A DNA stretch of 34,967 nucleotides from a bacterium (lineage in GTDB: Bacteria > Babelota > Babeliae > Babelales > GCA-2401785): assembly GCA_018656485.1 (NCBI GenBank), contig JABIAA010000075.1:1-34967 (forward strand). The letters run 5' to 3'. The notes under the pieces are model-generated. The model saw only the letters and a program-made list of their open reading frames with translations. It made no database searches and was not told where the DNA came from. This document shows positions 25,136-34,075 of the stretch, piece after piece. How positions within the stretch are numbered: position 1 is the first letter of the stretch; each line of letters opens with the position of its first letter. Position numbers and translations under genes: made by a program.

Positions 25136-26083
25136 ATGAAAAAAAATGCACTCGTAATACTTGCGACAATAATCCTCGCGTCACATTCAAATGCCAAAAT
25201 TAAAAGTGAGTACGGATCAATCGACATTTTTGGACCAACAAACTTAGATGAAATAACCCAAACCCTTCAAAACGAACCTGAAAGAAGTGGGGTTATAGTC
25301 AATTTATTTAATAATACTGCAGAAACATTTTTTAGAGCCGTAGCGGAAGTTAATCCAGAATGGGTCAAGAACATATATACAATCTACATTTCTGATGATG
25401 AACTGGTAACAATCCCAGATTCAATCGGCAAGCTTCAAGCACTCTATGTTATGACAGTTTCCTCAGAAAAATTGCAATCCATAAGCGAAGAAATTGGAAA
25501 CATTGATGAACTTACATATTTAACAATTACAGACAGCCCCCAATTTAAATACCTTCCAGAGTCATTGCGCCCCAAAATATGTAGCGAACAGGCATTTTTC
25601 AATTTGTGGCTAGATTTCGGAGTTGCACACTTCAGCCTTAATGAAGATGGCCGCCTTGTCTACAGGGTAAACTTTATTAACGGTCCAGGAAAAAAGAGAT
25701 GTGACGACAATGGAGAATGCGACGTTAAAGGATTTTATGGCCCATTCTTCAATCCCAATCTCAACATAGAAAAAAACAATGAAACGTTTTATAACGGGGT
25801 TATTGCGGCAACTAGAGGTTACGAAGAGCAACAAGAATTACACCAGGCCGCACAAACAATGTTAGATACCGAGCCAAGCCATAGAGATGAAGTCCTTCAG
25901 TCAATGCCAGCACCAATCGCAGTCGCCCTTAACACTGACCGGCAAGAAGAAGCAATCCGGTGTATCGTGGATAATAACATGATCGAACAAGAAGGCCTCA
26001 AAGACAATTGTTTTTTAGACATCTCAAATAACGAGGATGTTCCATTCTCACAGTTCATTCACCACAATTTTATTAACCAATAA
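25136..26083 (+). CDS. Family D secreted protein, member D13
   Basis: Leader MKKNALVILATIILASHSNA and LVTIPDSIGKLQALYVMTV are present. The core is LPESLRPKICSEQAFFNLWLDF...RVNFINGPGKKRCDDNGECD. It is collinear with D8, including the C-terminal region. Confidence 0.85.
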   Translation: MKKNALVILATIILASHSNAKIKSEYGSIDIFGPTNLDEITQTLQNEPERSGVIVNLFNNTAETFFRAVAEVNPEWVKNIYTIYISDDELVTIPDSIGKLQALYVMTVSSEKLQSISEEIGNIDELTYLTITDSPQFKYLPESLRPKICSEQAFFNLWLDFGVAHFSLNEDGRLVYRVNFINGPGKKRCDDNGECDVKGFYGPFFNPNLNIEKNNETFYNGVIAATRGYEEQQELHQAAQTMLDTEPSHRDEVLQSMPAPIAVALNTDRQEEAIRCIVDNNMIEQEGLKDNCFLDISNNEDVPFSQFIHHNFINQ

Positions 26084-26102
26084 GTTTTACAAGAGATTCC
26101 AA

Positions 26103-26519
26103 ATGAAAAACAAATCAATTTTTATATCCACACTCGCAACCATCGCACTCACAATTTGCAGCAACATGTCCACCAATGCAGCAACAATCGAACTTCATTG
26201 CATCAGCCCCGCAGGACAAATAATCTCCTGGGAAGAAAAATGGTCAACTGACTTTGAGCTCATCGAAATAATAAAAGTAGAGGTCTTAAAAAACCACCGA
26301 AGTGTCGGAGCGGTTGTTGTAGAAAATCAGCAAGAGTACGACGCGATCAACAACATCTTAGAAGAAGCAAGTCGTGCAAACCAACCGATCCAAGGCGAAA
26401 TTATAATTTATAAAAGCGAGTCAGCTACAACAACAGAAATTACAAATCTCAGAAAGCGAAAAGATTGGTCTGGAAATGAAGGATCCAACGAACTTCGCAA
26501 CATCCGCAGAAAATTTTAG
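26103..26519 (+). CDS. Family D N-terminal-module-only paralogue (D14, truncated)
   Basis: I chose the ATG at 26103; the 26037 ORF start overlaps D13. The first 63 nt match the D12 start at 60/63. The downstream sequence aligns weakly to the D12 N-terminal domain (EVLxNxxxV). The LRR-like units and the Cys core are absent. Confidence 0.65.
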   Translation: MKNKSIFISTLATIALTICSNMSTNAATIELHCISPAGQIISWEEKWSTDFELIEIIKVEVLKNHRSVGAVVVENQQEYDAINNILEEASRANQPIQGEIIIYKSESATTTEITNLRKRKDWSGNEGSNELRNIRRKF

Positions 26520-26620
26520 AGGCATGAAAAAACCACTTGTTATTGTTTATAAGCAAGGCAGGTAAGGGTTGTATTTCAAAAACACTCTAGGAATAATATG
26601 GTTGCCTTTTTGTGGAATAC

Positions 26621-27472
26621 CTAACAAGGTAAACCATTCTGATGTTTATAGATTCTCAGCCACCAGTACTGCTCTGTTTTCTTCGCATCAACAAATGGAA
26701 TGTCCAAAGACGCCCTCATCCCAAACTCAAACCTGGTGATACAACTCGCTAGCAACGTTATAAATTTATCTCCCATTTGCCCGATACATAGTTTTTCAAG
26801 CAGTATCGGCTCAAAAAAGCGCTCCTCAAAGTAATTGTAGAACTCACGCCGCTCTTTATCGTCAAAATCATAAAATACGAGAACATCGCGGTTAAACTGT
26901 TCAAGATCTTCAACAACATCAACATCAATCCCGGACCTTGTCCTAAAGGAAACTTCATCCCAACTGTACTTGATAGATTTATTAAAAAGGACATCGCGAC
27001 AGATAAAAATTGCTTTTGCAAAAAACTTAATCAAAAACTCTCGGACAGATTCTCTACCGCCCAATTCGTTTGCAAAGTAAGAAATTTCGCCAGCACGGTA
27101 AATCATGTTGATTGTTTCGTCGTCATAGTAGTCATGGTTGATCCGAATCACAACCTTGCGAGGTTCTTCTTCTGTGTCAATTTCTTTTTCCACAGGAAGC
27201 TCTTCTCGTCGGACTTTTTCGCCAATCACCTCATCCTGGCGTGCAATTTTAGCAGGACGATCAGAATGTGACCAAACATTAAGTCGTTTTCTTTTTTTCC
27301 CTCGATTCAGAGGTTTGTTCGAACAAAGCTCCTTCAGTGGAATGCAATAACGCTCGGGATTGGAACGACGATCGTCCGCATTACTGGAAAAACATGACTG
27401 CAAAAAGCCTGTCAATAAAAAAATTACGAGTAACATCCGACGCACCAGGCTTATACAATCATCGCTGTCCAT
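26621..27472 (-). CDS. Hypothetical protein with N-terminal hydrophobic leader (only minus-strand gene)
   Basis: The ORF is 283 aa. The leader ...MLLVIFLLTGFLQSC is lipobox-like (L-Q-S-C), and an alternative start Met at 27436 is possible. It has a Lys/Arg/Glu-rich linker and then a Phe/Tyr-rich domain. No paralogue or motif was recognised. Confidence 0.65.
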   Translation of the reverse strand: MDSDDCISLVRRMLLVIFLLTGFLQSCFSSNADDRRSNPERYCIPLKELCSNKPLNRGKKRKRLNVWSHSDRPAKIARQDEVIGEKVRREELPVEKEIDTEEEPRKVVIRINHDYYDDETINMIYRAGEISYFANELGGRESVREFLIKFFAKAIFICRDVLFNKSIKYSWDEVSFRTRSGIDVDVVEDLEQFNRDVLVFYDFDDKERREFYNYFEERFFEPILLEKLCIGQMGDKFITLLASCITRFEFGMRASLDIPFVDAKKTEQYWWLRIYKHQNGLPC

Positions 27473-27923
27473 TATCTCCCTTTTCTAGGTGAAATCCCAT
27501 TTCCATGTTTCAGGAAACACCATTAAAAAACATTTTTCACAAAGTTGATTTTTAGGAGATCGCATCCCTCCTTGGTCGATCATTCTACCCAACTTTTTTG
27601 AGGTTGTTTAGTAAAAAATAAAAATAATTTTTTACTTTATTTCCCTGAGAAAACTGGTACAAAAATCGAGAATTCTAGGAACACTTAAATGCTTTTTCGA
27701 AAGACCTCTGGCATCGGCGGAGGTTGCCAAAAGATCTTGTTGCCTGAGCCACTTTTATGACGCTCTCACTTCCATCAGTAAAATTTAAATTCGGACATTT
27801 ATTTTTTTTACACCTACCATTTAATTACACAACGACATTTCTTCGCTTACCCTAAAAAATTCACACGGGAAGATTTGTAGTAGACTTGCTTGCGATTGTT
27901 CCTTTTTTCGCCAGGCAAAAATA

Positions 27924-28928
27924 ATGAAAAAATCATTTGTGATTTTCATTACCACACTTTTAATTTCATGTACAACGTGCAATTCAATGCCAACACATAC
28001 ATTCTACTGCAATACCCATTGCTACAGACCATACCAATGGAACATTGAAAAAAGACGTGAATCTGTCTGCATACACTTTTATGGTTATGACAGCAACGGA
28101 TTTACCGAGGAAGGAGAATGCTTCATCCAATGGAATTGGGGTTTTTACAAATTCTTATTCTCTAAAAACTCTATGGAAATTTTTTCCTATGTATTCTACC
28201 ACGATGATGAATTTAGAGGCTTGATTCAATCTGCTTTTACACCATCGCAAATTGAGGTAAAAGTGGACACTTCAACAATGCAAAACGAATCTGATTTTCA
28301 AACCCTGGAAGCACAAGCAGGCCACCTAAAAAAGAAAATTCACAGGTGCGAGTCTGTCCATGTTATTAAAGATAAATCATGCAGACATCGTACAACTGCA
28401 TCGTCTTACATGATAAGCTCTGAAAAATATCGTTGGGAAATCACACGGGATGAAGCAACAAACGTAACAATTCGCATTTTGCCCATCGCAGGGCATCTAA
28501 AAATATCTGAGCTGGAATTCAAAAAAAAAGCCGATCGTTATGTAATTTACCGCAGAGTTTTAGAAATCGCCGGGGATCTAAAAAGGTTTGTATCTCTCAT
28601 CGCAACAGACAGGCAATTCGAACGAGTGATTATAAATCTTAATCCACACGCGATCAATGTGTTTATCCCAGATGACGAAGGTGAAAATGAAGTACACGAA
28701 GTAGAAAAGCAATTAGAGGAATTAACAGACATCATCAAAGTAAGGGGCTGCATCGTTCGATGCACACACAAAGAACAACAAAAAAAAATTCCAAAATTAG
28801 AACTTCCAAAAATCTCCGGGAAAAATTCTGTCACCCAAACCGAAGAACTATCTCAATCAATAACTACAAGGCTTCCATCAATTACGGCTAAACACATAAA
28901 AACTGGTTCAAGAACAGCGCGGAAATAA
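27924..28928 (+). CDS. Family E-related secreted protein / possible lipoprotein (E0, distant member)
   Basis: The leader MKKSFVIFITTLLISC is lipobox-like (L-I-S-C). It is weakly collinear with E1: IQWNW vs ILWNK/VRWNR, DEFRGLIQS vs QEFRELISN, QIEVKVD vs AVEIRVP, and EKQLEELTDIIKVRG vs EKQLRAVMRKLPGIR. Confidence 0.7.
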   Translation: MKKSFVIFITTLLISCTTCNSMPTHTFYCNTHCYRPYQWNIEKRRESVCIHFYGYDSNGFTEEGECFIQWNWGFYKFLFSKNSMEIFSYVFYHDDEFRGLIQSAFTPSQIEVKVDTSTMQNESDFQTLEAQAGHLKKKIHRCESVHVIKDKSCRHRTTASSYMISSEKYRWEITRDEATNVTIRILPIAGHLKISELEFKKKADRYVIYRRVLEIAGDLKRFVSLIATDRQFERVIINLNPHAINVFIPDDEGENEVHEVEKQLEELTDIIKVRGCIVRCTHKEQQKKIPKLELPKISGKNSVTQTEELSQSITTRLPSITAKHIKTGSRTARK

Positions 28929-29009
28929 AAGCAATATTCGCGCTTCACAAAACAAACTTCATAGGATAGCCTCTGTTCCAATACATAAAAAAACACTTGG
29001 AGAAGAAAA

Positions 29010-29831
29010 ATGAATAACCATTGTACAAAAATTTTAATTGCATCACTTTTTATTTCAGGCTCACAATGCACGGCAATGCCAACATCATTGTATCTGCGTG
29101 ACTCCTGTTTCGGAGTAAATATTAGCAACGAAATTTTAGAACTAAAAATAAAACGCTTCGGTGATAACACAACAATAGAATACAGAGACAATGAAACCGA
29201 GATAATCTCAAAATTCTACATCCTATGGAACAAATTTAGAAAAGAATTTGTGATAGTCATTCCCGCATGTAGTATCGCAAGCTTTAAATCTGCCTTTGAG
29301 TCATGTCAGGAATTTCGGGAATTAATAAGTAATCTCGAGAGCCCTGTTGCCGTTGAAATCAGAGTACCTCAAAACACAGATATTTTGATTCCAGGAAAAT
29401 GGCTGAGCAAAAACATCCCGAAGTTCAACGGAGCCTACGTTCTCGACACCCATCTCGGGTTAAGTCACGAAGTAAACACTGTATCTCGAGCAGAAAATTT
29501 TATTTGTGGAATACAACAAATAAATAGTGAACGGCGAGCAAATGTCACATTCACTGACACAGAAGAATCTCTTGGATATCGCATGGCAGATTCAGACCAA
29601 AGGCCATACATTATTTACATTCACGAAAAAGTCTTTCCGATACTTCTCGAGAAATTCAACACAAACCCCGAGTTTCATGAATACGTTTGCAGAATGTTTT
29701 ATGGCGCATTCATCGATCTGATCATGTCATCTCGCGACGACGACAAAAAACCAAAACTAAAAAAACTGCTTTCTGGTTTTGCACAAAAAATTCCAGGAAT
29801 TGTTGGCACCCAGGTTTACGTTGGCTCATAG
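29010..29831 (+). CDS. Family E1 secreted protein (E1a)
   Basis: GGAGAAG RBS and leader MNNHCTKILIASLFISGSQCTA. Motifs include YILWNKFRKEFVIVIP, SFKSAFESCQEFRELI, IPGKWLSKNIPKFNG, NPEFHEYVCRMFYGAFI and KIPGIVG. Confidence 0.8.
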   Translation: MNNHCTKILIASLFISGSQCTAMPTSLYLRDSCFGVNISNEILELKIKRFGDNTTIEYRDNETEIISKFYILWNKFRKEFVIVIPACSIASFKSAFESCQEFRELISNLESPVAVEIRVPQNTDILIPGKWLSKNIPKFNGAYVLDTHLGLSHEVNTVSRAENFICGIQQINSERRANVTFTDTEESLGYRMADSDQRPYIIYIHEKVFPILLEKFNTNPEFHEYVCRMFYGAFIDLIMSSRDDDKKPKLKKLLSGFAQKIPGIVGTQVYVGS

Positions 29832-29838
29832 GGAAAAA

Positions 29839-30675
29839 ATGAAAAAATATTCATTCGCCGCACTTATCGCAATGTTTTGCCTATCGTGTCACGCAGCACC
29901 AAAAGAATTCTGCTCGCATTTCGACAAGAATACATTGTCATATACTGTGACTGATGCTACCGGAACCTTAAGCGTTTCCCACGAAAATCACATCATATGC
30001 GCCACTTACACAGCCCCAAATGGCTCAGACAAAGTAAAATTTCACGTCCGTTGGAACAGGCAAAAAAAAGAACACATAATTGTAATACCATCTCATCAAT
30101 CCCTTCTCTTCAAAACAGCCATTGAAAACTGCCCAGCATTAAGAGATTTAATTTGCAAAATCGATAATGCTTTCATAGAAATCATAGAGACACCAAGCGA
30201 AGATTTTTACTTTCCCGGAAAATGGCTTCGGGAACATATGAAGAATTTCGTAGGATCCAAAATTTTCCCCGGGCACCTGCTTCTACAGCAAGTCAACGAG
30301 ACCCATAAAAACTTCTCACTTCGCGAAACCGAAAAAGACGGTACCGTCACGATAACTTTTCCTGAAGGTCCTTATTCTTTTTACATAAGAACCTACCAGT
30401 CGGAAGAACCATCCCCATACCAGATTGATATAGACGCCAAAAATATCTCAGACTTATTGTTTTTCTTGGAAAAGCACGTCGAATTTGAAGAATATCTGCA
30501 CCACGCGTTTTATGACGCATCAGTTTTTCTACTGGTTCCCCAAGGAAAGACCGACGAAGAATTAGAGTCTTATGAAAAACAATTACGCGCAGTTATGCGA
30601 AAACTCCCAGGGATAAGGAGCTTTAAGGTCATGGAGCAAAAATCAGAATACAAATGTATGATGGCTCCGGAATAA
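29839..30675 (+). CDS. Family E1 secreted protein (E1b)
   Basis: I chose the ATG at 29839 (GGGAAAAA RBS, 7 nt after the E1a stop), giving leader MKKYSFAALIAMFCLSCHA. Motifs are HVRWNRQKKEHIIVIP, LFKTAIENCPALRDLI, FPGKWLREHMKNFVG, EEYLHHAFYDASV and KLPGIRS. Confidence 0.8.
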   Translation: MKKYSFAALIAMFCLSCHAAPKEFCSHFDKNTLSYTVTDATGTLSVSHENHIICATYTAPNGSDKVKFHVRWNRQKKEHIIVIPSHQSLLFKTAIENCPALRDLICKIDNAFIEIIETPSEDFYFPGKWLREHMKNFVGSKIFPGHLLLQQVNETHKNFSLRETEKDGTVTITFPEGPYSFYIRTYQSEEPSPYQIDIDAKNISDLLFFLEKHVEFEEYLHHAFYDASVFLLVPQGKTDEELESYEKQLRAVMRKLPGIRSFKVMEQKSEYKCMMAPE

Positions 30676-30743
30676 TGCATTAAACGACAAACAAAAATCC
30701 TTCGATGTTCGCAAAATCATGTAACCACAACCAGGAACCAAAA

Positions 30744-31844
30744 ATGAAAACGCTTTTTTCCTACTTACTTATCACAATGTTTTGTGCAACACCCGCAACA
30801 CCTAATACAATTTTATGCAAACATTTTTCCGTGATACAACACCAGAACGAAGCATCTTTCTCAGCAATATTGGAAATCGTAAACTATTTTGAAAATGGCA
30901 AAACACTAGAACAAATCCACTATACAGTTATGGGCGCAAACTCAAAAAATCCCAAAATCATGATTGATCGCAACATGCTTAAAAAGATGGAGGAGTTGGC
31001 ACAAAAAGATAAATTTTTTGATCATTGGTTCAGAGACAATTTTCATAAAAAGCATATACTCGACACACAAAGTCACAGATCAGGACCAATGATCAAGGTT
31101 GACACACTATTGCCCCAAGAGGTCACTCTGTTTCTGGAAGCGGAAGAATATGTCCGCAACAGTAATGCCTGGGGAAAGATACAAAGCTTTGTTACAGATT
31201 CAAGCGGAAAAACAATAATGAAAATTTCTGATGGGGAAGATGCAGCATGCGCAATTTTCCAGGATGAATACGTTGCATTCTCAGGAAACCGCTGGTTATT
31301 CGACGAATTACTTCACAAGGACAATAAATTTAAACAAAAAATACAATCCCTCCGCGCATTTAAACTCATCACGAAAATTGAATATGATGATGAAAGTGAA
31401 GAGTGCCAACTGATGCACGACTTAGAAGGAATCATACCAACACAAGGGATTGTGAGAATAATTTTTTTGCCAAAAGATGCTTTCAAAGAAACATCAACCG
31501 AGACCATTAAAAAACGGCTTCTTTCTTTATGCTCAGGAAAAAGCACAAACAGAGAAACAGTAACTAAGATTTTTGACGAAGACTTGAATCGCTTTATCAG
31601 ATTATTAGACGAACAGCCGGACTTCAGGCGCACACAACAAGAATATTTTCAAAATATGCCCATTGAAATCATAGTCACAGAAAAAACTTATAATGATCCT
31701 ATCCTAAGGCAAGTCATAGAATACGACTTCGAAAAACTAGCTCGGTTGCTTCCTGGAATAAAAACACCACAGATTAGGCAAAACACAATCGAAAAGCCAC
31801 TTGAAACACATCGTGTCCATTTCCTTCAACTTAATGAGCATTAA
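30744..31844 (+). CDS. Family E2 secreted protein (E2a)
   Basis: I chose the ATG at 30744, giving leader MKTLFSYLLITMFCATPA. It is collinear with 32850-34070: FSV(I/T)QHQ, VNYF(E/D)(N/D)GK, AxKDxxFxxW, ACAxFQDEY(V/I)A, IFxEDLxRF(I/V)R(L/M)L, LLPGIKxPxxRxNT(I/V)(E/D)KP and FLQL. Confidence 0.8.
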   Translation: MKTLFSYLLITMFCATPATPNTILCKHFSVIQHQNEASFSAILEIVNYFENGKTLEQIHYTVMGANSKNPKIMIDRNMLKKMEELAQKDKFFDHWFRDNFHKKHILDTQSHRSGPMIKVDTLLPQEVTLFLEAEEYVRNSNAWGKIQSFVTDSSGKTIMKISDGEDAACAIFQDEYVAFSGNRWLFDELLHKDNKFKQKIQSLRAFKLITKIEYDDESEECQLMHDLEGIIPTQGIVRIIFLPKDAFKETSTETIKKRLLSLCSGKSTNRETVTKIFDEDLNRFIRLLDEQPDFRRTQQEYFQNMPIEIIVTEKTYNDPILRQVIEYDFEKLARLLPGIKTPQIRQNTIEKPLETHRVHFLQLNEH

Positions 31845-31948
31845 AAGGCAAACATCGACAAAAAGCAGCAAAAACACTCCAAAGTGACAAACAACACAAA
31901 GTCCTGTAGCATCTGGTGAAATACGCAAAAACAATTGGAAGGGAAACA

Positions 31949-32818
31949 ATGAAAAAGCTTTTATCCTACGCATTTATCGCAATCCTTTGTAGCGCACAAA
32001 TCACATGTGGCAATCATCAGACAAAACCAAAAAACACGCCGGAACCACCAGCGGAAGAAATGAAGTTAAAAAAAGATTTATACATCTTGAACACAGTACC
32101 CCTCGGAGAGAGCATTGGGGTAAAATTATCTATTTACACAGACAGTACAGAAGTAAAAAGTTCGGAAAGAATCTATTTCATTCGACGAACACCAAGCACA
32201 AATGAATGGACCATAATCATTCCGGGGCGCCTCAAAGCCTTCAAAGATGCTTTTAAAACATGCAAAGAATTCAGAAAATTAATCGCCGATCTGTCCGGTC
32301 CAACCTCAGTAGAATTCAGAGGATATGAACCAGCCAATCCATCCAAAGATGACAAACAATGGCTAGCCGCAAATATTCCAAACTTCACGGGCAACAACAT
32401 CAAGGACTTGCCTAATCATCTATTGCTAAATTACGAGCCCTGCACGCTCTTTTCTGATGCAAAAAGTTTTGTCCATGAAGAAGAACAATTCAGTCGCTTC
32501 CGCGTTAGTAAACTAGTAACCGTCTACATTCCTAAAACAAAGCAAGAAACCCGCTTTTCTGTTGTTGAATCAGGCACATTCTATTGTCAGCCGTACATGA
32601 TCGATATTATTTACAATGATGTTCAATTGCTATGCAACGAATTTAAAACAAACCCAGAATTTAGAGAATACGTCTGTCAAGTATTCTACGGTGCAACTGT
32701 TTGTATCACGCGATACAGCAGCTATAAAGGAACATATACACCCGAAGAGGCAAAAGAACAGTTCTTGAAAATTGCACACGAAATCCCGGGCATTAAAAAT
32801 GTAGTAACCCATTTTTGA
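31949..32818 (+). CDS. Family E1 secreted protein (E1c)
   Basis: I chose the ATG at 31949 (GGGAAACA RBS), giving leader MKKLLSYAFIAILCSAQITCG. Motifs are WTIIIPGRLKAFKDAFKTCKEFRKLI, QWLAANIPNFTGN, NPEFREYVCQVFYGATV and EIPGIKN. Confidence 0.8.
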   Translation: MKKLLSYAFIAILCSAQITCGNHQTKPKNTPEPPAEEMKLKKDLYILNTVPLGESIGVKLSIYTDSTEVKSSERIYFIRRTPSTNEWTIIIPGRLKAFKDAFKTCKEFRKLIADLSGPTSVEFRGYEPANPSKDDKQWLAANIPNFTGNNIKDLPNHLLLNYEPCTLFSDAKSFVHEEEQFSRFRVSKLVTVYIPKTKQETRFSVVESGTFYCQPYMIDIIYNDVQLLCNEFKTNPEFREYVCQVFYGATVCITRYSSYKGTYTPEEAKEQFLKIAHEIPGIKNVVTHF

Positions 32819-32849
32819 AACTAGCCATTGCATCAATTGGAGTGTAAAC

Positions 32850-34070
32850 GTGAAAAAATATTTATTCGCCACGCTAATCGCAACATTTTTGACCGCAACG
32901 CACATCACCAGTAAGCCATTTTCTGACAGTGCGCAAATTAAATTCTCCGTAACACAACACCAAGTCTATTATCACACAAGGGATTACAAATCTTATTGCT
33001 TGCTTTATACGGTCGTTAACTACTTTGATGACAACGGAAAAATAAAGGATCAAATACGATACTTCGTGAAACTCAACAAATCAAACAAGATAGAAATTGT
33101 AATCTATAATGATGAATTCAGAAGAATGAAAAAACTAGCAAAAATGGATCCGTATTTTGAACGCTGGCTCATTGACAATATTTATGATAATCGTATCGAT
33201 GCGTGGGACGCCAAGTGGCTCCCCCCTAGTGATGAAATATTTACACTCTATGAGCTAAACCATAAAGAACTTGGTTTATTGTCTGAGGCAAATGAACATC
33301 TCCACACAAGTAACACCTGGAGAGACGGACTAAGACGGACCGTCACTTCAGATGGAAAGACTGTTATGGAAATCAGAAAAAAGACCGAATCTCAACTAGA
33401 CCATTCCTCAGCATGCGCTTTTTTTCAAGACGAATATATTGCAATAGCAGGAAATTATACTTTGCTTGTAGGCTCACTTGAATTCTCACGAATAATTAAG
33501 TCTTCACAAAAATTCAAATTTCTTGTGTACGACATGTTTGGCCCACAAATATTTGGCAATATTTATTCTATTGTTCCAAAGCAAAGTATTGTGGTCTGGA
33601 TGAACGACGAAGAATTAAAATGCCACAAATGTCGAAAAGATCGTGAACCCCTCACTAGTCTTGTCTCACTCGTGATGGTCCAAGAAAGAGAGGGCCTAGA
33701 GACAGTTATTAAGATTTTTTCCGAAGACCTTCATCGCTTTGTAAGAATGCTAAGACATGGCAACTTTACAGCCACCCAAAAAAAAGATTTTGAAAGCGCT
33801 CACGTTGAAATAATAAGCACAGAGAAAGAGTTAAGCAATCATTCAAGGATGAAAGATTTAAAAAAATACGAAGAACAACTTACGAACCTGCTTCCTGGAA
33901 TAAAACCCCCAGAATTTAGACCAAACACAGTCGACAAGCCAGGAAGAGCACATTACACCAAATTTTTACAACTGGGCAAAGCATCACACCACAGACAAGA
34001 AGCTTCAATAAACCCACAGGGCCCCGATGAATTTGCCCCGTCGGACTTTGAAGAAATCGCATTTTTTTAA
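32850..34070 (+). CDS. Family E2 secreted protein (E2b)
   Basis: GTG start after GGAGTG, with leader (M)KKYLFATLIATFLTATHITS. It is a paralogue of E2a along its whole length and carries a longer C-terminal tail. Confidence 0.8.
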   Translation: MKKYLFATLIATFLTATHITSKPFSDSAQIKFSVTQHQVYYHTRDYKSYCLLYTVVNYFDDNGKIKDQIRYFVKLNKSNKIEIVIYNDEFRRMKKLAKMDPYFERWLIDNIYDNRIDAWDAKWLPPSDEIFTLYELNHKELGLLSEANEHLHTSNTWRDGLRRTVTSDGKTVMEIRKKTESQLDHSSACAFFQDEYIAIAGNYTLLVGSLEFSRIIKSSQKFKFLVYDMFGPQIFGNIYSIVPKQSIVVWMNDEELKCHKCRKDREPLTSLVSLVMVQEREGLETVIKIFSEDLHRFVRMLRHGNFTATQKKDFESAHVEIISTEKELSNHSRMKDLKKYEEQLTNLLPGIKPPEFRPNTVDKPGRAHYTKFLQLGKASHHRQEASINPQGPDEFAPSDFEEIAFF

Positions 34071-34075
34071 AAAAA

